Positions 13,099-27,630 of a stretch of DNA of 64,000 bases are shown in pieces. Position 1 is the stretch's first letter; each line of letters starts with the position of its first letter. The notes under the pieces were generated by a model. It worked only from the letters and a program-made list of their open reading frames with translations. It was not told the origin of the DNA and made no database searches. The position numbers and the translations under genes are program-made. This stretch comes from Macrostomum lignano (Eukaryota), in assembly GCA_002269645.1 (NCBI GenBank), contig NIVC01002449.1:108834-172833 (forward strand), in the 5' to 3' direction.

Positions 13099-16000
13099 GC
13101 TGGTCCACCTAACCTACAGACACAACTCGAACAGATTTCTCTGTCTGTTTGAGGCTCTGGCTCTCAGAGCCGCCGAGAAAGTTTAGTGCCGAGAATGCTT
13201 CATTTTGTTAGAATGCAATCAGAACATATTCCTAGAAAGTGAGCTAGTCCAGCATCAAGGCAGAACATCTGGATGTGTAAGGAGAGGCTCTCGGAGATTC
13301 CTGGCTCAGATTATCGCCTAGAAGTGCTGTGGAGTAGCTGGTCCGCCTAACCTACAGACACAACTCGAACAGATTTCTCTGTCTGCTTAGGGCTCTGGCT
13401 CTTAGGTGGTCCACATAACCTACAGACACAACTGAAGCAGCTCTCTCAGTCTGTTTGAGGATTTGGCTCTCAGTAGCTGGTCCGCCTAACCTACAGACAC
13501 AACTCGAACAGATTTCTGTCTGTTTGAGGCTCTGGCTCTCAGAGCCGCCGAGAAAGTTTAGTGCCGAGAATGCTTCAGTTTGTTAGAATGCAATCAGAAC
13601 AGATTCCTAGAAAGTGAGCTAGTCCAGCATCAAGGCAGAATATCTGAATGCGTAAAGAGAGGCTCTTGGAGATTCCTGGCTCAGATTATCGCCTAGAAGT
13701 GCTGTGGAGTAGCTGGTCCGCCTAACCTACAGACACAACTCGAACAGATTTCTGTCTGTTTGAGGCTCTGGATCTCAGAGCCGCCGAGAAAGTTTAGTGC
13801 CGAGAATGCTTCAGTTTGTTAGAATGCAATCAGAACAGATTCCTAGAAAGTGAGCTAGTCCAGCATCAAGGCAGAATATCTGGATGTGTAAGGAGAGGCT
13901 CTCGGAGATTCCTGGCTCAGATTATCGCCTAGAAGTGCTGTAGAATAGCTGGTCCACCTAACCTACAGAAACAACTCGAACAGATTTCTCTGTCTGTTTG
14001 AGGCTCTGGCTCTTAGAGCCGCCGAGAAAGTTTAGTGCCGAGAATGCTTCAGTTTGTTAGAATGCAATCAGAACAGATTCCTAGAAAGTGAGCTAGTCCA
14101 GCATCAAGGCAGAACATCTGGATGTGTAAGGAGAGGCTCTCGGAGATTCCTGGCTCAGATTATCGCCTAGAAGTGCTGTGGAGTAGCTGGTCCGCCTAAC
14201 CTACAGACACAACTCGAACAGATTTCTCTGTCTGTTTAGGGCTCTGGCTCTTAGGTGGTCCACATAACCTACAGACACAACTGAAGCAGCTCTCTCAGTC
14301 TGTTTGAGGATTTGGCTCTCAGTAGCTGGTCCACCTAACCTACAGACACAACTCGAACAGATTTCTCTGTCTGTTTAAGGCTCTGGATCTCAGAGCCGCC
14401 GAGAAAGTTTAGTGCCGAGAATGCTTCAGTATGTTAGAATGCAATCAGAACAGATTCCTAGAAAGTGAGCTAGTCCAGCATCAAGGCAGAACATCTGAAT
14501 GTGTAAAGAGAGGCTCTCGGAGATTCCTGGCTCAGATTATCGCCTAGAAGTGCTGTGGAGTAGCTGGTCCACCTAACCTACAGACACAACTCGAACAGAT
14601 TTCTGTCTGTTTAGGGCTCTGGCTCTCAGAGCCGCCGAGAAAGTTTAGTGCCGAGAATGCTTCAGTTTATTAGAATGCAATCAGAACAGATTCCTAGAAA
14701 GTGAGCTAGTCCAGCATCAAGGCAGAACATCTGGATGTGTAAGGAGAGGCTCTCGGAGATTCCTGGCTCAGATTATCGCCTAGAAGTGCTGTGGAGTAGC
14801 TGGTCCACCTAACCTACAGACACAACTCGAACAGATTTCTGTCTGTTTGAGGCTCTGGATCTCAGAGCCGCCGAGAAAGTTTAGTGCCGAGAATGCTTCA
14901 GTTTGTTAGAATGCAATCAGAACAGATTCCTAGAAAGTGAGCTAGTCCAGCATCAAGGCAGAACATCTGGATGTGTAAGGAGAGGCTCTCGGAGATTCCT
15001 GGCTCAGATTATCGCCTAGAAGTGCTGTTGAGTAGCTGGTCCACCTAACCTACAGACACGACTCGAACAGATTTCTGTCTGTTTGAGGCTCTGGATCTCA
15101 GAGCCGCCGAGAAAGTTTAGTGCCGAGAATGCTTCAGTTTGTTAGAATGCAATCAGAACAGATTCCTAGAAAGTGAGCTAGTCCAGCATCAAGGCAGAAC
15201 ATCTGAATGTGTAAAGAGAGGCTCTCGGAGATTCCTGGCTCAGATTATCGCCTAGAAGTGCTGTGGAGTAGCTGGTCCGCCTAACCTACAGACACAACTC
15301 GAACAGATTTCTGTCTGTTTAGGGCTCTGGCTCTCAGAGCCGCCGAGAAAGTTTAGTGCCGAGAATGCTTCATTTTGTTAGAATGCAATCAGAACAGATT
15401 CCTATAAGTGAGCTAGTCCAGCATCAAGGCAGAACATCTGGATGTGTAACGAGAGGCTCTCGGAGATTCCTGGCTCAGATTATCGCCTAGAAGTGCTGTA
15501 GAATAGCTGGTCCACCTAACCTACAGACACAACTCGAACAGATTTCTCTGTCTGTTTGAGGCTCTGGCTCTCAGAGCCGCCGAGAAAGTTTAGTGCCGAG
15601 AATGCTTCAGTTTGTTAGAATGCAATCAGAACATATTCCTAGAAAGTGAGCTAGTCCAGCATCAAGGCAGAACATCTGGATGTGTAACGAAAGTCTCTCG
15701 GAGACTCCTGGCTCAGATTATCGCCTAGAAGTGCTGTGGAGTAGCTGGTCCGCCTAACCTACAGACACAACTCGAACAGATTTCTATCTGTTTGAGGCTC
15801 TGGATCTCAGAGCCGCCGAGAAAGTTTAGTGCCGAGAATGCTTCAGTTTATTAGAATGCAATCAGAACAGATTCCTAGAAAGTGAGCTAGTCCAGCATCA
15901 AGGCAGAACATCTGGATGTGTAAGGAGAGTCTCTCGGAGATTCCTGGCTCAGATTATCGCCTAGAAGTGCTGTGGAGTAGCTGGTCCGCCTAACCTACAG

Positions 16001-18592
16001 ACACAACTCGAACAGATTTCTCTGTCTGTTTAGGGCTCTGGCTCTTAGGTGGTCCACATAACCTACAGACACAACTGAAGCAGCTCTCTCAGTCTGTTTG
16101 AGGATTTGGCTCTCAGTAGCTGGTCCGCCTAACCTACAGACACAACTCGAACAGATTTCTGTCTGTTTGAGGCTCTGGCTCTCAGAGCCGCCGAGAAAGT
16201 TTAGTGCCGAGAATGCTTCAGTTTGTTAGAATGCAATCAGAACAGATTCCTAGAAAGTGAGCTAGTCCAGCATCAAGGCAGAATATCTGAATGTGTAAAG
16301 AGAGGCTCTTGGAGATTCCTGGCTCAGATTATCGCCTAGAAGTGCTGTGAAGTAGCTGGGCCGCCCAACCTACAGACACAACTCGAACAGATTTCTGTCT
16401 GTTTAGGGCTCTGGCTCTCAGAGCCGCCGAGAAAGTTTAGTGCCGAGAATGCTTCAGTTTGTTAGAATGCAATCAGAACAGATTCCTAGAAAGTGAGCTA
16501 GTCCAGCATCAAGGCAGAACATCTGGATGTGTAAGGAGAGGCTCTCGGAGATTCCTGGCTCAGATTATCGCCTAGAAGTGCTGTAGAATAGCTGGTCCAC
16601 CTAACCTACAGAAACAACTCGAACAGATTTCTCTGTCTGTTTGAGGCTCTGGCTCTTAGAGCCGCCGAGAAAGTTTAGTGCCGAGAATGCTTCATTTTGT
16701 TAGAATGCAATCAGAACAGATTCCTAGAAAGTGAGCTAGTCCAGCATCAAGGCAGAACATCTGGATGTGTAAGGAGAGGCTCTCGGAGATTCCTGGCTCA
16801 GATTATCGCCTAGAAGTGCTGTGGAGTAGCTGGTCCGCCTAACCTACAGACACAACTCGAACAGATTTCTCTGTCTGTTTAGGGCTCTGGCTCTTAGGTG
16901 GTCCACATAACCTACAGACACAACTGAAGCAGCTCTCTCAGTCTGTTTGAGGATTTGGCTCTCAGTAGCTGGTCCACCTAACCTACAGACACAACTCGAA
17001 CAGATTTCTCTGTCTGTTTGAGGCTCTGGCTCTCAGAGCCGCCGAGAAAGTTTAGTGCCGAGAATGCTTCAGTATGTTAGAATGCAATCAGAACAGATTC
17101 CTAGAAAGTGAGCTAGTCCAGCATCAAGGCAGAACATCTGAATGTGTAAAGAGAGGCTCTCGGAGATTCCTGGCTCAGATTATCGCCTAGAAGTGCTTTG
17201 GAGTAGCTGGTCCACCTAACCTGCAGACACAACTCGAACAGATTTCTGTCTGTTTGAGGCTCTGGATCTCAGAGCCGCCGAGAAAGTTTAGTGCCGAGAA
17301 TGCTTCATTTTGTTAGAATGCAATCAGAACAGATTCCTAGAAAGTGAGCTAGTCCAGCATCAAGGCAGAACATCTGGATGTGTAACGAGAGGCTCTCGGA
17401 GATTCCTGGCTCAGATTATCGCCTAGAAGTGCTTTGGAGTAGCTGGTCCACCTAACCTACAGACACAACTCGAACAGATTTCTCTGTATGTTTGAGGCTC
17501 TGGCTCTTAGGTGGTCCACATAACCTACAGACACAACTGAAGTAGCTCTCTCAGTCTGTTTGAGGCTTTGGCTCTCAGAAGGTGGTCCACCTAACCTACA
17601 GACACAACTCGAACAGATTTCTCTGTCTGTTTGAGGCTCTGGCTCTTAGGTGGTACACATAACCTATAGACACAACTGAAGTAGCTCTCTCAGTCTGTTT
17701 GAGGATTTGGCTCTCAGTAGCTGGTCCACCTAACCTACAGACACAACTCGAACAGATTTCTCTGTCTGTTTGAGGCTCTGGCTCTCAGAGCCGCCGAGAA
17801 AGTTTAGTGCCGAGAATGCTTCAGTATGTTAGAATGCAATCAGAACAGATTCCTAGAAAGTGAGCTAGTCCAGCATCAAGGCAGAACATCTGAATGTGTA
17901 AAGAGAGGCTCTCGGAGATTCCTGGCTCAGATTATCGCCTAGAAGTGCTGTGGAGTAGCTGGTCCACCTAACCTACAGACACAACTCGAACAGATTTCTG
18001 TCTGTTTGAGGCTCTGGATCTCAGAGCCGCCGAGAAAGTTTAGTGCCGAGAATGCTTCAGTTTGTTAGAATGCAATCAGAACAGATTCCTAGAAAGTGAG
18101 CTAGTCCAGCATCAAGGCAGAACATCTGGATGTGTAACGAGAGGCTCTCGGAGATTCCTGGCTCAGATTATCGCCTAGAAGTGCTGTGGAGTAGCTGGTC
18201 CACCTAACCTACAGACACAACTCGAACAGATTTCTCTGTATGTTTGAGGCTCTGGCTCTTAGGTGGTCCACATAACCTACAGACACAACTGAAGCAGCTC
18301 TCTCAGTCTGTTTGAGGCTTTGGCTCTCAGAAGGTGGTCCACCTAACCTACAGACACAACTCGAACAGATTTCTCTGTCTGTTTGAGGCTCTGGCTCTTA
18401 GGTGGTACACATAACCTATAGACACAACTGAAGCAGCTCTCTCAGTCTGTTTGAGGCTTTGGCTCTCAGAAGGTGGTTCACCTCACCCACAGACACAACT
18501 CGAACAGATTTCTCTGTCTGTTTGAGGCTCTGGCTCTCAGGTGGTGCACATAACCTACAGACACAACTGGAACAGATTTCTGTGTCTGTTTG
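13099..18592. repeat. ~235-bp satellite (right arm) with higher-order organisation
   Basis: About 20 long monomers plus blocks of short subunits. Diagnostic variants recur 2643 bp apart. Confidence 0.97.
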
Positions 18593-19667
18593 ATTGTCAG
18601 TTAATTTTATTTTCTACCTTTGTAGGAGCCTGTGGTTGATTTTGTTCGCCTGAGCTCGACGAGACTGACTGCGTTTCACCGAGATGAAGGTTAAAACGAA
18701 CTGTAAAAGAAGATTCAAACCACTAATTGACGAGAAATATAGAAAGGTTCATCATAGAGCTGAGCTGACGTAAGCGGATTCGATGGCTGAGTAAGCTGAA
18801 ATTCGTGAGAGAGGCAATGACAGATCAATAACAGAAGCGGTCCCGGACCACGGAAGCAGGGAAGGTCCAGGAGACTATTTCGTAGAAAAAATTAGAAGAT
18901 TAAGCCATCATCTGCGTGAACGAAAAGATGAAAGTCGGTAAAATGATTGGCTTATCATATGATTGCTCACCAACTCATTCAGTATAATAGGACTGATGTA
19001 GTCAAATCAATTTAATTTCAGTTTCAGTAACTTTTGTCGTTATTAAAAATGCCCTTCAACTTCTTGTAGGCTCGTACTCGGATGACCTTTTTTAACTAAT
19101 GGAATTTTACGTTTGTTAACATGTATTTGAAGCATACATTTTGACTTAAATTAGTTTTAATGAGTTTACAGTTAGTATTTGATATGATTCGGTATTTATT
19201 TTCAAAATGCTTTATTTTCATTCACCTTCTTGTATTCACGCGACGCAACTAACTAATGCGATCGTACATTTGTTTAACCCGATTAACCCGATTAGTAATG
19301 CTAAATAAATTGGTTTGAACTTGGGATATTTTCATTAAATGACGTCGTAACCCTTTTATCTGTTCTTTTTGAGAATTTCTGTTTTAATTAGTTCAAAAGA
19401 ACAGTTTAAAGCAATAAATTTTCTACAACGAAAGAGGTCTAACTAAACCAACTGTTTTTTGCGGTCCACCTAACCCGGTCCCCAAAACGTAGTTAGTGAA
19501 CCACCACAGTTTCCCCGAACTGGCTATTCCGTCAAGTTAACAAAAAGATAACCCTAGCTAGCCTTTCGCGTTGTCAAAACAGACTCTATTTTTTAACCGG
19601 AATTGCGTGGTCCACGTAACGCATTAACATAACTCAGGTCCCGCTAAACACACAGACAGTCGTAAGA

Positions 19668-20354
<687 letters not shown>

Positions 20355-20653
20355 AACACACACAGCTGCAATCACTGAAATCACAATTAAACACACAATA
20401 ATTAAATGTCGATTGGCTGAAATCGTGAGGTGTCATCCCATTGGCTCTCAAGATGTTTGCAAAGAAAGCCAAACCGAATTACAAGAAGTGAGTGGATGGG
20501 CGCGGCCAGCACCCACGGAACTTATTTAAGCCATCCACACTTATCACTAATCGCAGTTCCAACGTCTCGCTTATCTTTCTGTCCTCTCCGTCCCTGCGCT
20601 TTCGGTTAACCCTCAAACGTGGAATTCTCACTGCGCACATTTCTAACTTGTTT

Positions 20654-20663
20654 CTATTTATAG
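20654..20663. promoter_or_regulatory. Consensus MEF2 binding site CTATTTATAG upstream of Mef2
   Basis: Exact match to CTA(A/T)4TAG, ~140 bp upstream of the Mef2 ATG. A 10-mer in AT-rich DNA can arise by chance. Confidence 0.4.
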
Positions 20664-20802
20664 ACATTACGTGTGATAATACCCTTTAATTGGGCTAAAG
20701 GTTTCGGCTTCTCGTGTAAATTCCTTTACAAAACAATATTTGCTAAAGCTTTAGACACGGGTACAGCTGTCTTTTTTTCTGTTGATAATAGCTATACACA
20801 GA

Positions 20803-23800
20803 ATGGGAAGAAAGAAAATTAAAATCTCGAGAATTGAGGATGAGCGCAATAGACAGGTAAGTTAATTTTGTAATGATTAGTCAATATTTCACTTTTAAAG
20901 CTCCTATTCAAAGTCAGTCAAAACAGAAGTTCTGTAAAATAATAGAAAGGCTGATAAACTGATCTTAAGAACTGTTAAAGAATAATATTTTAGATTAATA
21001 AAATCACCTGTTAGACACACTAATCACCTGTTAGACACACTAATCACCTGTTAGACACACTAATCACCTGTTAGACACACTAATCACCTGTTAGACACAC
21101 TAATCACCAGTTAGACACACAGATCACCTATTAGACACACTAATCACTTGTTAGACACACTAATCACCTGTTAGACACACAGATCACCTATTAGACACAC
21201 TAATCACTTGTTAGACACACTAATCACCTGTTAGACACACAGATCACCTATTAGACACACTAATCACTTGTTAGACACACTAATCACCTATTAGACACAC
21301 TAATCACCTGTTAGACACACTAATCACCTGTTAGACACACTAATCACCTGTTAGACACACTAATCACCTGTTAGACACACAGATCACCTATTAGACACAC
21401 TAGTCACCTGTTAGACACACTAATCACCTGTTAGACACACTAATCACCTGTTAGACACACTAATCACCTGTTAGACACACTAATCACCTGTTAGACACAC
21501 TAATCACCTGTTAGACACACTAATCACCTGTTAGACACACTAATCACCTGTTAGACACACTAATCACCTATTAGACACACTAATCACTTGTTAGACACAC
21601 TAATCACCTGTTAGACACACGAATCACCTGTTAGACACACTAATCACCTGTTAGACACACTAATCACCTGTTAGACACACTAATCACCTGTTAGACACAC
21701 AGATCACCTATTAGACACACTAATCACCTGTTAGACACACTAATCACCTATTAGACACACTAATCACCTGTTAGACACACTAATCACCTGTTAGACACAC
21801 TAATCACCTGTTAGACACACAGATCACCTGTTAGACACACAGATCACCTATTAGACACACTAATCACCTGTTAGACACACTAATCTCCTGTTAGACACAC
21901 TAATCACCTGTTAGACACACTAATCACCTGTTAGACACACAGATCACCTATTAGACACACTAATCACCTGTTAGACACACTAATCACCTATTAGACACAC
22001 TAATCACCTGTTAGACACACTAATTACCTGTTAGACACACTAATCACCTGTTAGACACACTAATCACCTGTTAGACACACAGATCACCTATTAGACACAC
22101 TAATCACCTGTTAGACACACTAATCACCTGTTAGACACACTAATCACCTGTTAGACACACAGATCACCTATTAGACACACTAGTCACCTGTTAGACACAC
22201 TAATCACCTGTTAGACACACTAATCACCTGTTAGACACACTAATCACCTGTTAGACACACTAATCACCTGTTAGACACACTAATCACCTATTAGACACAC
22301 TAATCACCTGTTAGACACACAGATCACCTATTAGACACACTAATCACTTGTTAGACACACTAATCACCTGTTAGACACACTAATCACCTGTTAGACACAC
22401 TAATCACTTGTTAGACACACTAATCACCTGTTAGACACACAGATCACCTGTTAGACACACTAATCACCTGTTTGACACACTAATCACCTGTTAGACACAC
22501 TAATCACCTGTTAGACACACTAATCACCTGTTAGACACACTAATCACCTATTAGACACACTAATCACTTGTTAGACACACTAATCACCTGTTAGAAATAA
22601 TCGGTTATTTTTCAACAAAATCGCCAAACACAGGTGACATTCACGAAGCGAAAGTTCGGTCTAATGAAGAAGGCCTATGAACTGTCTGTGCTCTGCGACT
22701 GCGAGATCGCCCTGGTGGTGTTCAATAATAGCAACCGGCTGTTCCAGTACGCCAGCACCGATATGGACAAGGTGCTACTAAAGTACACCGAGTTCAATGA
22801 GCCACACGAGAGCCGAACTAACAAGGATATTGAGGAGGTAATTTCTGCGCATTTCTTCTGCTGCTTGAGAAAAATGAAAGTTTTCTAAGTACATTGCACC
22901 TAAAAGCGTTTCACGTACCTGAGCCTCACTCTCTGACTCACTTGGGTTTCACTGTTTGTCTCACTCTCTGTCTCACTCTCTGTCTCACTGTCTCACTCTC
23001 TGTCTGACTGTCTCACTCTCTGTCTGACTGTCTCACTCTCTCTGTCTGTCTCACTCTCTGTCTGTCTCACTCTCTGTCTCACTCTCTGTCTCACTCTCTG
23101 TCTCACTCTCTGTCTCACTGTCTCACTCTCTGTCTGACTGTCTCACTCTCTGTCTTACTCTCTGTCTCACTCTCTGTCTTACTCTCTGTCTTACTCTCTG
23201 TCTCACTCTCTGTCTTACTCTTTGTCTCACTCTCTGTCTTACTCTCTGTCTCACTCTCTGTCTCACTCTCTGTCTCACTGTCTCACTCTCTGTCTGACTG
23301 TCTCACTCTCCGTCTTACTCTCTGTCTCACTCTCTGTCTTACTCTCTGTCTTACTCTCTGTCTCACTCTCTGTCTTACTCTCTGTCTCACTCTCTGTCTT
23401 ACTCTCTGTCTCACTCTCTGTCTCATTCTCTGTCTCACTCTCTGTCTCACTCTCTGTCTGACTGTCTCACTCTCTGTCTGACTGTCTCACTCTCTGTCTC
23501 ACTCTCTCACGGCAAGCAGCAGTCTGCACTGACGATATAGCCAAATAAATGCAGAGACACCCATAGTGAGGCCTCCACAATATGATATTTATATATTTCT
23601 AACAAATTACCAATAGGCGCAAGCATGGATGGCCCGAAACGGAAGCATCGCAAAGACAGATAAACAGGCAATTATTATTATGGGTTACAAAGCGGATCTA
23701 CTAGGTCTGGCACATCCGCTTGCCTTCCAGATAAACTGGCAGTCAATCTTGATCAACAAATGCTGGCAACCGGGGCTAACAATTTAATGCAGACAGCGAC

Positions 23801-25956
23801 AATGTTAAATTAGTTAGTTTTGTTTAGCCTAAACTTTAATCCAAGGTCTTTGTTGTCTTTGTTTAAACAGAGGTGAACAGAGTTTTGGTTTCACTTCCGC
23901 CTGAAAGCTGCACACAGCACAAATGCTTATGGTTTAGATAACATCTGGGCTGTGCTAAGGACAACCGAAGTAGAAGCTCGCTGTGCCGTCCAATATGTAG
24001 GCTGCTGGTTGCTTTTTCTAGCCCTAAATTTCCAATATCTCACCTTCTGGACTTCCAAATTCCTGGACAGTCAGTCAATTACAGTTTATTGTCGAACCCG
24101 TTATGACAGTCAATTACAGTTTATTGTCGAACCCGTTATGACAGTCAATTACAGTTTATTGTCGAACCCGTTATGACAGTCAATTACAGTTTATTGTCGA
24201 ACCCGTTATGACAGTCAATTACAGTTTGCTGTAGAGTGAATCTCAGAATATGACAGTCAATTACAGTTTATTGTCGAACCCGTTATGACAGTCAATTACA
24301 GTTTGCTCTAAATCCAATCTGAGAATATGACAGTCAATTACAGTTTGCTGTAGAGTGAATCTCAGAATATGACAGTCAATTACAGTTTATTGTCGAACCC
24401 GTTATGACAGTCAATTACAGTTTACTGTAAATCCAATCTGAGAATATGACAGTCAATTACAGTTTACTCTAAATCCAATCTGAGAATATGACAGTCAATT
24501 ACAGTTTGCTGTAGAGTGAATCTCAGAATATGACAGTCAATTACAGTTTACTGTTAATCCAATCTGAGAGTATGACAGTCAATTACAGTTTACTGTAGAT
24601 CCAATCTGAGAATATGACAGTCAATTACAGTTTACTGTAGATCCAATCTGAGAATATGACAGTCAATTACAGTTTACTGTAAATCCAATCTTAGAATATG
24701 ACAGTCAATTACACTGTGCTGTAAATTCAATCTTAGAATATGACAGTCAATTACAGTTTACTGTAAATCCAATCTTAGAATATGACAGTCAATTACAGTT
24801 TACTGTAAATCCAATCTTAGAATATGACAGTCAATTACAGTTTACTGTAAATCCAATCTTAGAATATGACAGTCAATTACAGTTTACTGTAGATCCAATC
24901 TGAGAATATGACAGTCGATTACAGTTTACTGTAAATCCAATCTGATAATATGACAGTCAATTACAGTTTGCTGTAGATCCAATCTTAGAATATGACAGTC
25001 AATTACAGTTTACTGTAGAGTGAATCTCAGAATATGACAGTCAATTACAGTTTGCTGTAGAGTGAATCTCAGAATATGACAGTCAATTACAGTTTGCTGT
25101 AGAGTGAATCTCAGAATATGACAGTCAATTACAGTTTGCTGTAGAGTGAATCTCAGAATATGACAGTCAATTACAGTTTGCTGTAGAGTGAATCTCAGAA
25201 TATGACAGTCAATTACAGTTTGCTGTAGAGTGAATCTCAGAATATGACAGTCAATTACAGTTTGCTGTAGAGTGAATCTCAGAATATGACAGTCAATTAC
25301 AGTTTGCTGTAGAGTGAATCTCAGAATATGACAGTCAATTACAGTTTGCTGTAGAGTGAATCTCAGAATATGACAGTCAATTACAGTTTGCTGTAGAGTG
25401 AATCTCAGAATATGACAGTCAATTACAGTTTGCTGTAGAGTGAATCTCAGAATATGACAGTCAATTACAGTTTGCTGTAGAGTGAATCTCAGAATATGAC
25501 AGTGAATCTGAGAATCACAGTCCAAATTCGACTCGAAAATTTCAGATGATCAATCGAAAAGAGGACAGGAAGGACTCACAGGACGCGGATCAGGACAGCT
25601 GCAGTTCGTATCCAATTCCAGAACAGCCAGGGCACCATCAGCCCTATGATGTTTCGACAAGTTACGGTCTGGAATTTCCTGGAACTCAAACTCCCAGATT
25701 TCCGCATTCGAGTCTTCAACAACAGCAGCAGCAGGAGCAGCATCAATCCTTGATTGCTTCGTCAACTTGGCAAGAAGTGAAAGACGAGCCGCAGAGATAT
25801 CAAATCCTAGGACTGCAGCGGCATCGTCAGCTGCATCAGTCAAGCTACCAATCCGCGCCTGCAACCTCTAATTGCCTAGCAACGCCCTTGACAACGTACG
25901 TATTCGAGGAGGAGGAAAGTACGCCGTCGAAAAGACGTAGATTGGACTTTGACTGA
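20803..25956 (+). CDS. Mef2: Myocyte enhancer factor 2 (MADS + MEF2 domain), ~222 aa; exons 20803-20856, 22634-22837, 25546-25956
   Basis: [18 protein letters not shown]|[68 protein letters not shown]|MINRK... The 54-nt and 204-nt exons match the conserved MEF2 exon structure. Exon 3 assignment is less certain, but it has a good acceptor, a VKDEP motif and a terminal PSKRRRL NLS. Confidence 0.93.
21003..22595. repeat. 20-bp minisatellite (TAATCACCTGTTAGACACAC)n in Mef2 intron 1
   Basis: About 80 tandem units. Confidence 0.97.
22926..23510. repeat. 12-bp (TCTCACTCTCTG)-type repeat in Mef2 intron 2
   Basis: Direct reading. Confidence 0.95.
24070..25512. repeat. 40-bp minisatellite (ATGACAGTCAATTACAGTTTGCTGTAGAGTGAATCTCAGA)n in Mef2 intron 2
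   Basis: Tandem units with several variant second halves; ends ~30 bp before the exon 3 acceptor. Confidence 0.97.
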
Positions 25957-26084
25957 AGCCAGGAACTGAGCAAACAAAAAAGTGGTCAGAGACACAATTG
26001 ACTGCTGTTTTTTTTCTCTGAACTCTGCTCGATTTTTCTGTATTCGTCCCTTCCTTAATGCTTTTGTTTGGCTGTAATAAATTC

Positions 26085-26365
26085 CCCAGATTGGTGCCCT
26101 TTAATTCCAGATTGGCGCCATTTAATTCCCCAGTTTGGTGCCATTTAATTCCCTACTTCGGTGCTATTTAGTTCCCTAGTTTGGCGCCATTTAATCCCCC
26201 AATTTGGCCCTATTTAATTCCCTATTTTGGCGCCATTTAATATTCCCCCCCCAGTTTGGCGCCAACAAATGTTCTGGTTTGGTGCCATTTAATTCGCCGT
26301 TTAGCGCCATATAATGCTTCAGTTTAGCGCCATTTAATGCCATCCGTTTGGCGCCATTCAGTTTA
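26085..26365. repeat. Degenerate ~21-bp repeat (TTTGGCGCCATTTAATTCCCC) in the Mef2 3' region
   Basis: About 12 degenerate copies. Confidence 0.85.
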
Positions 26366-26979
26366 ACAGATAAGCCTACTGTTCCAGGAAAAGTTTTTAA
26401 ACCTGTTTACCAATACTTACTTGTATCGATAGAAAATGATTTTTTTCTGACACATTTTCTGAAAGCATAAGCTTTTGCTGCAATGTACTTTTAGCAAAGT
26501 TTTGCCTATAGAAATGGTCAACATCCTGTATGGGCTGTAAAATAAGATTAATTTGTTGCATATTACGAGCGTAATCATTATAATGTATAGAAATGCCTTA
26601 TTCCGTTGGGTATCCTCCAATCCTTACTATGTACATGGATTTTGTTTGCTAGTAACAGTACATTAAGGCAGTACATACATGTAAAGGCAAATTACTTTAT
26701 TCAAGTTTATATGCTGTTGATTTTACACTGTATATTGTCGTTGTTTAGAACGATAGTCACAATTTGACTATAAATTTCTTTTTTGTTTCAGTTTTTTTTT
26801 CAATTTGTTTCAACTTTTTTGTGTTTTTGATGATTAATTTTGATGATTTTTCTGTTTTGAGCTGCAAATAAATACCAAATAAAAATTGAATTCACAGTCT
26901 TAATTATTTATCATTCATGTTGTTAATTAAAAGATCCAGTGAAGAATAACCATTAAATCAGTATTAGCCACAGCAACAG

Positions 26980-27160
26980 AACTGGTCTCGGCCATAGACA
27001 ACAAAAGCCAATCAAAGCCACTGACACAGAACTGCTCTCGGCCATAGACAACAAAAGCCAATCAAAGCCACTGACACAGAACTGCTCTCGGCCATAGACA
27101 ACAAAAGCCAATCAAAGCCACTGACACAGAACTGCTCTTGGCCATAGACAATAAAGCTAA
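26980..27160. repeat. 50-bp tandem repeat, ~3.5 copies
   Basis: AACTGCTCTCGGCCATAGACAACAAAAGCCAATCAAAGCCACTGACACAG repeated. Confidence 0.95.
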
Positions 27161-27448
27161 TAAAGGGGCACAGGGAGTGACGATCAGAAGGTCAGGTCCG
27201 CTGTACATCATGTCTGGGATTTTCGATTTCGTTGGATTTATCATCACTAGCTGGATTTAAGGATTTTTTTCAAAAAAACCTACATGTACTTAACATCCAA
27301 AAAACCAAAACATACATTTATTGCTGAAAATAATCAGCTGCATCAGTTCTTGCTACTCAAATTGCAAGTGATTATTAATATGACAAGCATGATGAGTTTC
27401 CGCATTTGATTTCGAGCCAAGGACTCAAGCTTACTTTTTCTATAAATG

Positions 27449-27630
27449 AAGGTTGTAGCCTATTGGTTAGAGCGTCGGACTCGCGACTTGAAGGTCGGGG
27501 GTTCGATTCTGTCCTTAAGCAAGACACTTAACTCTGCATTGCTTCAGTTCACCCAGCTGTAAAATGGGTGCCAGCATTAGCTGGGGTAATTGAGGGTGTG
27601 TGTGGCGACCCCCCCCCCCAGTCCTGGGAC
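27449..27630 (+). mobile_element. tRNA-derived SINE with a CORE-like central domain (family A), 3' truncated
   Basis: A box (GTAGCCTATTGGTTAGAGCG) and B box (GGTTCGATTC), then CCTTAAGCAAGACACTTAAC...CAGCTGTAAAATGGG, resembling the MIR CORE. Related copies at 37448 and 50165. Confidence 0.8.

Noticed and set aside
25010-25525. 171-aa repetitive ORF; also 19624-20472 and 47304-47930
   Set aside because: Repeat-derived translations.
27449-27515. tRNA gene (also 37460, 49795, 50170)
   Set aside because: A/B boxes are present but no complete cloverleaf; each continues into shared SINE body sequence.
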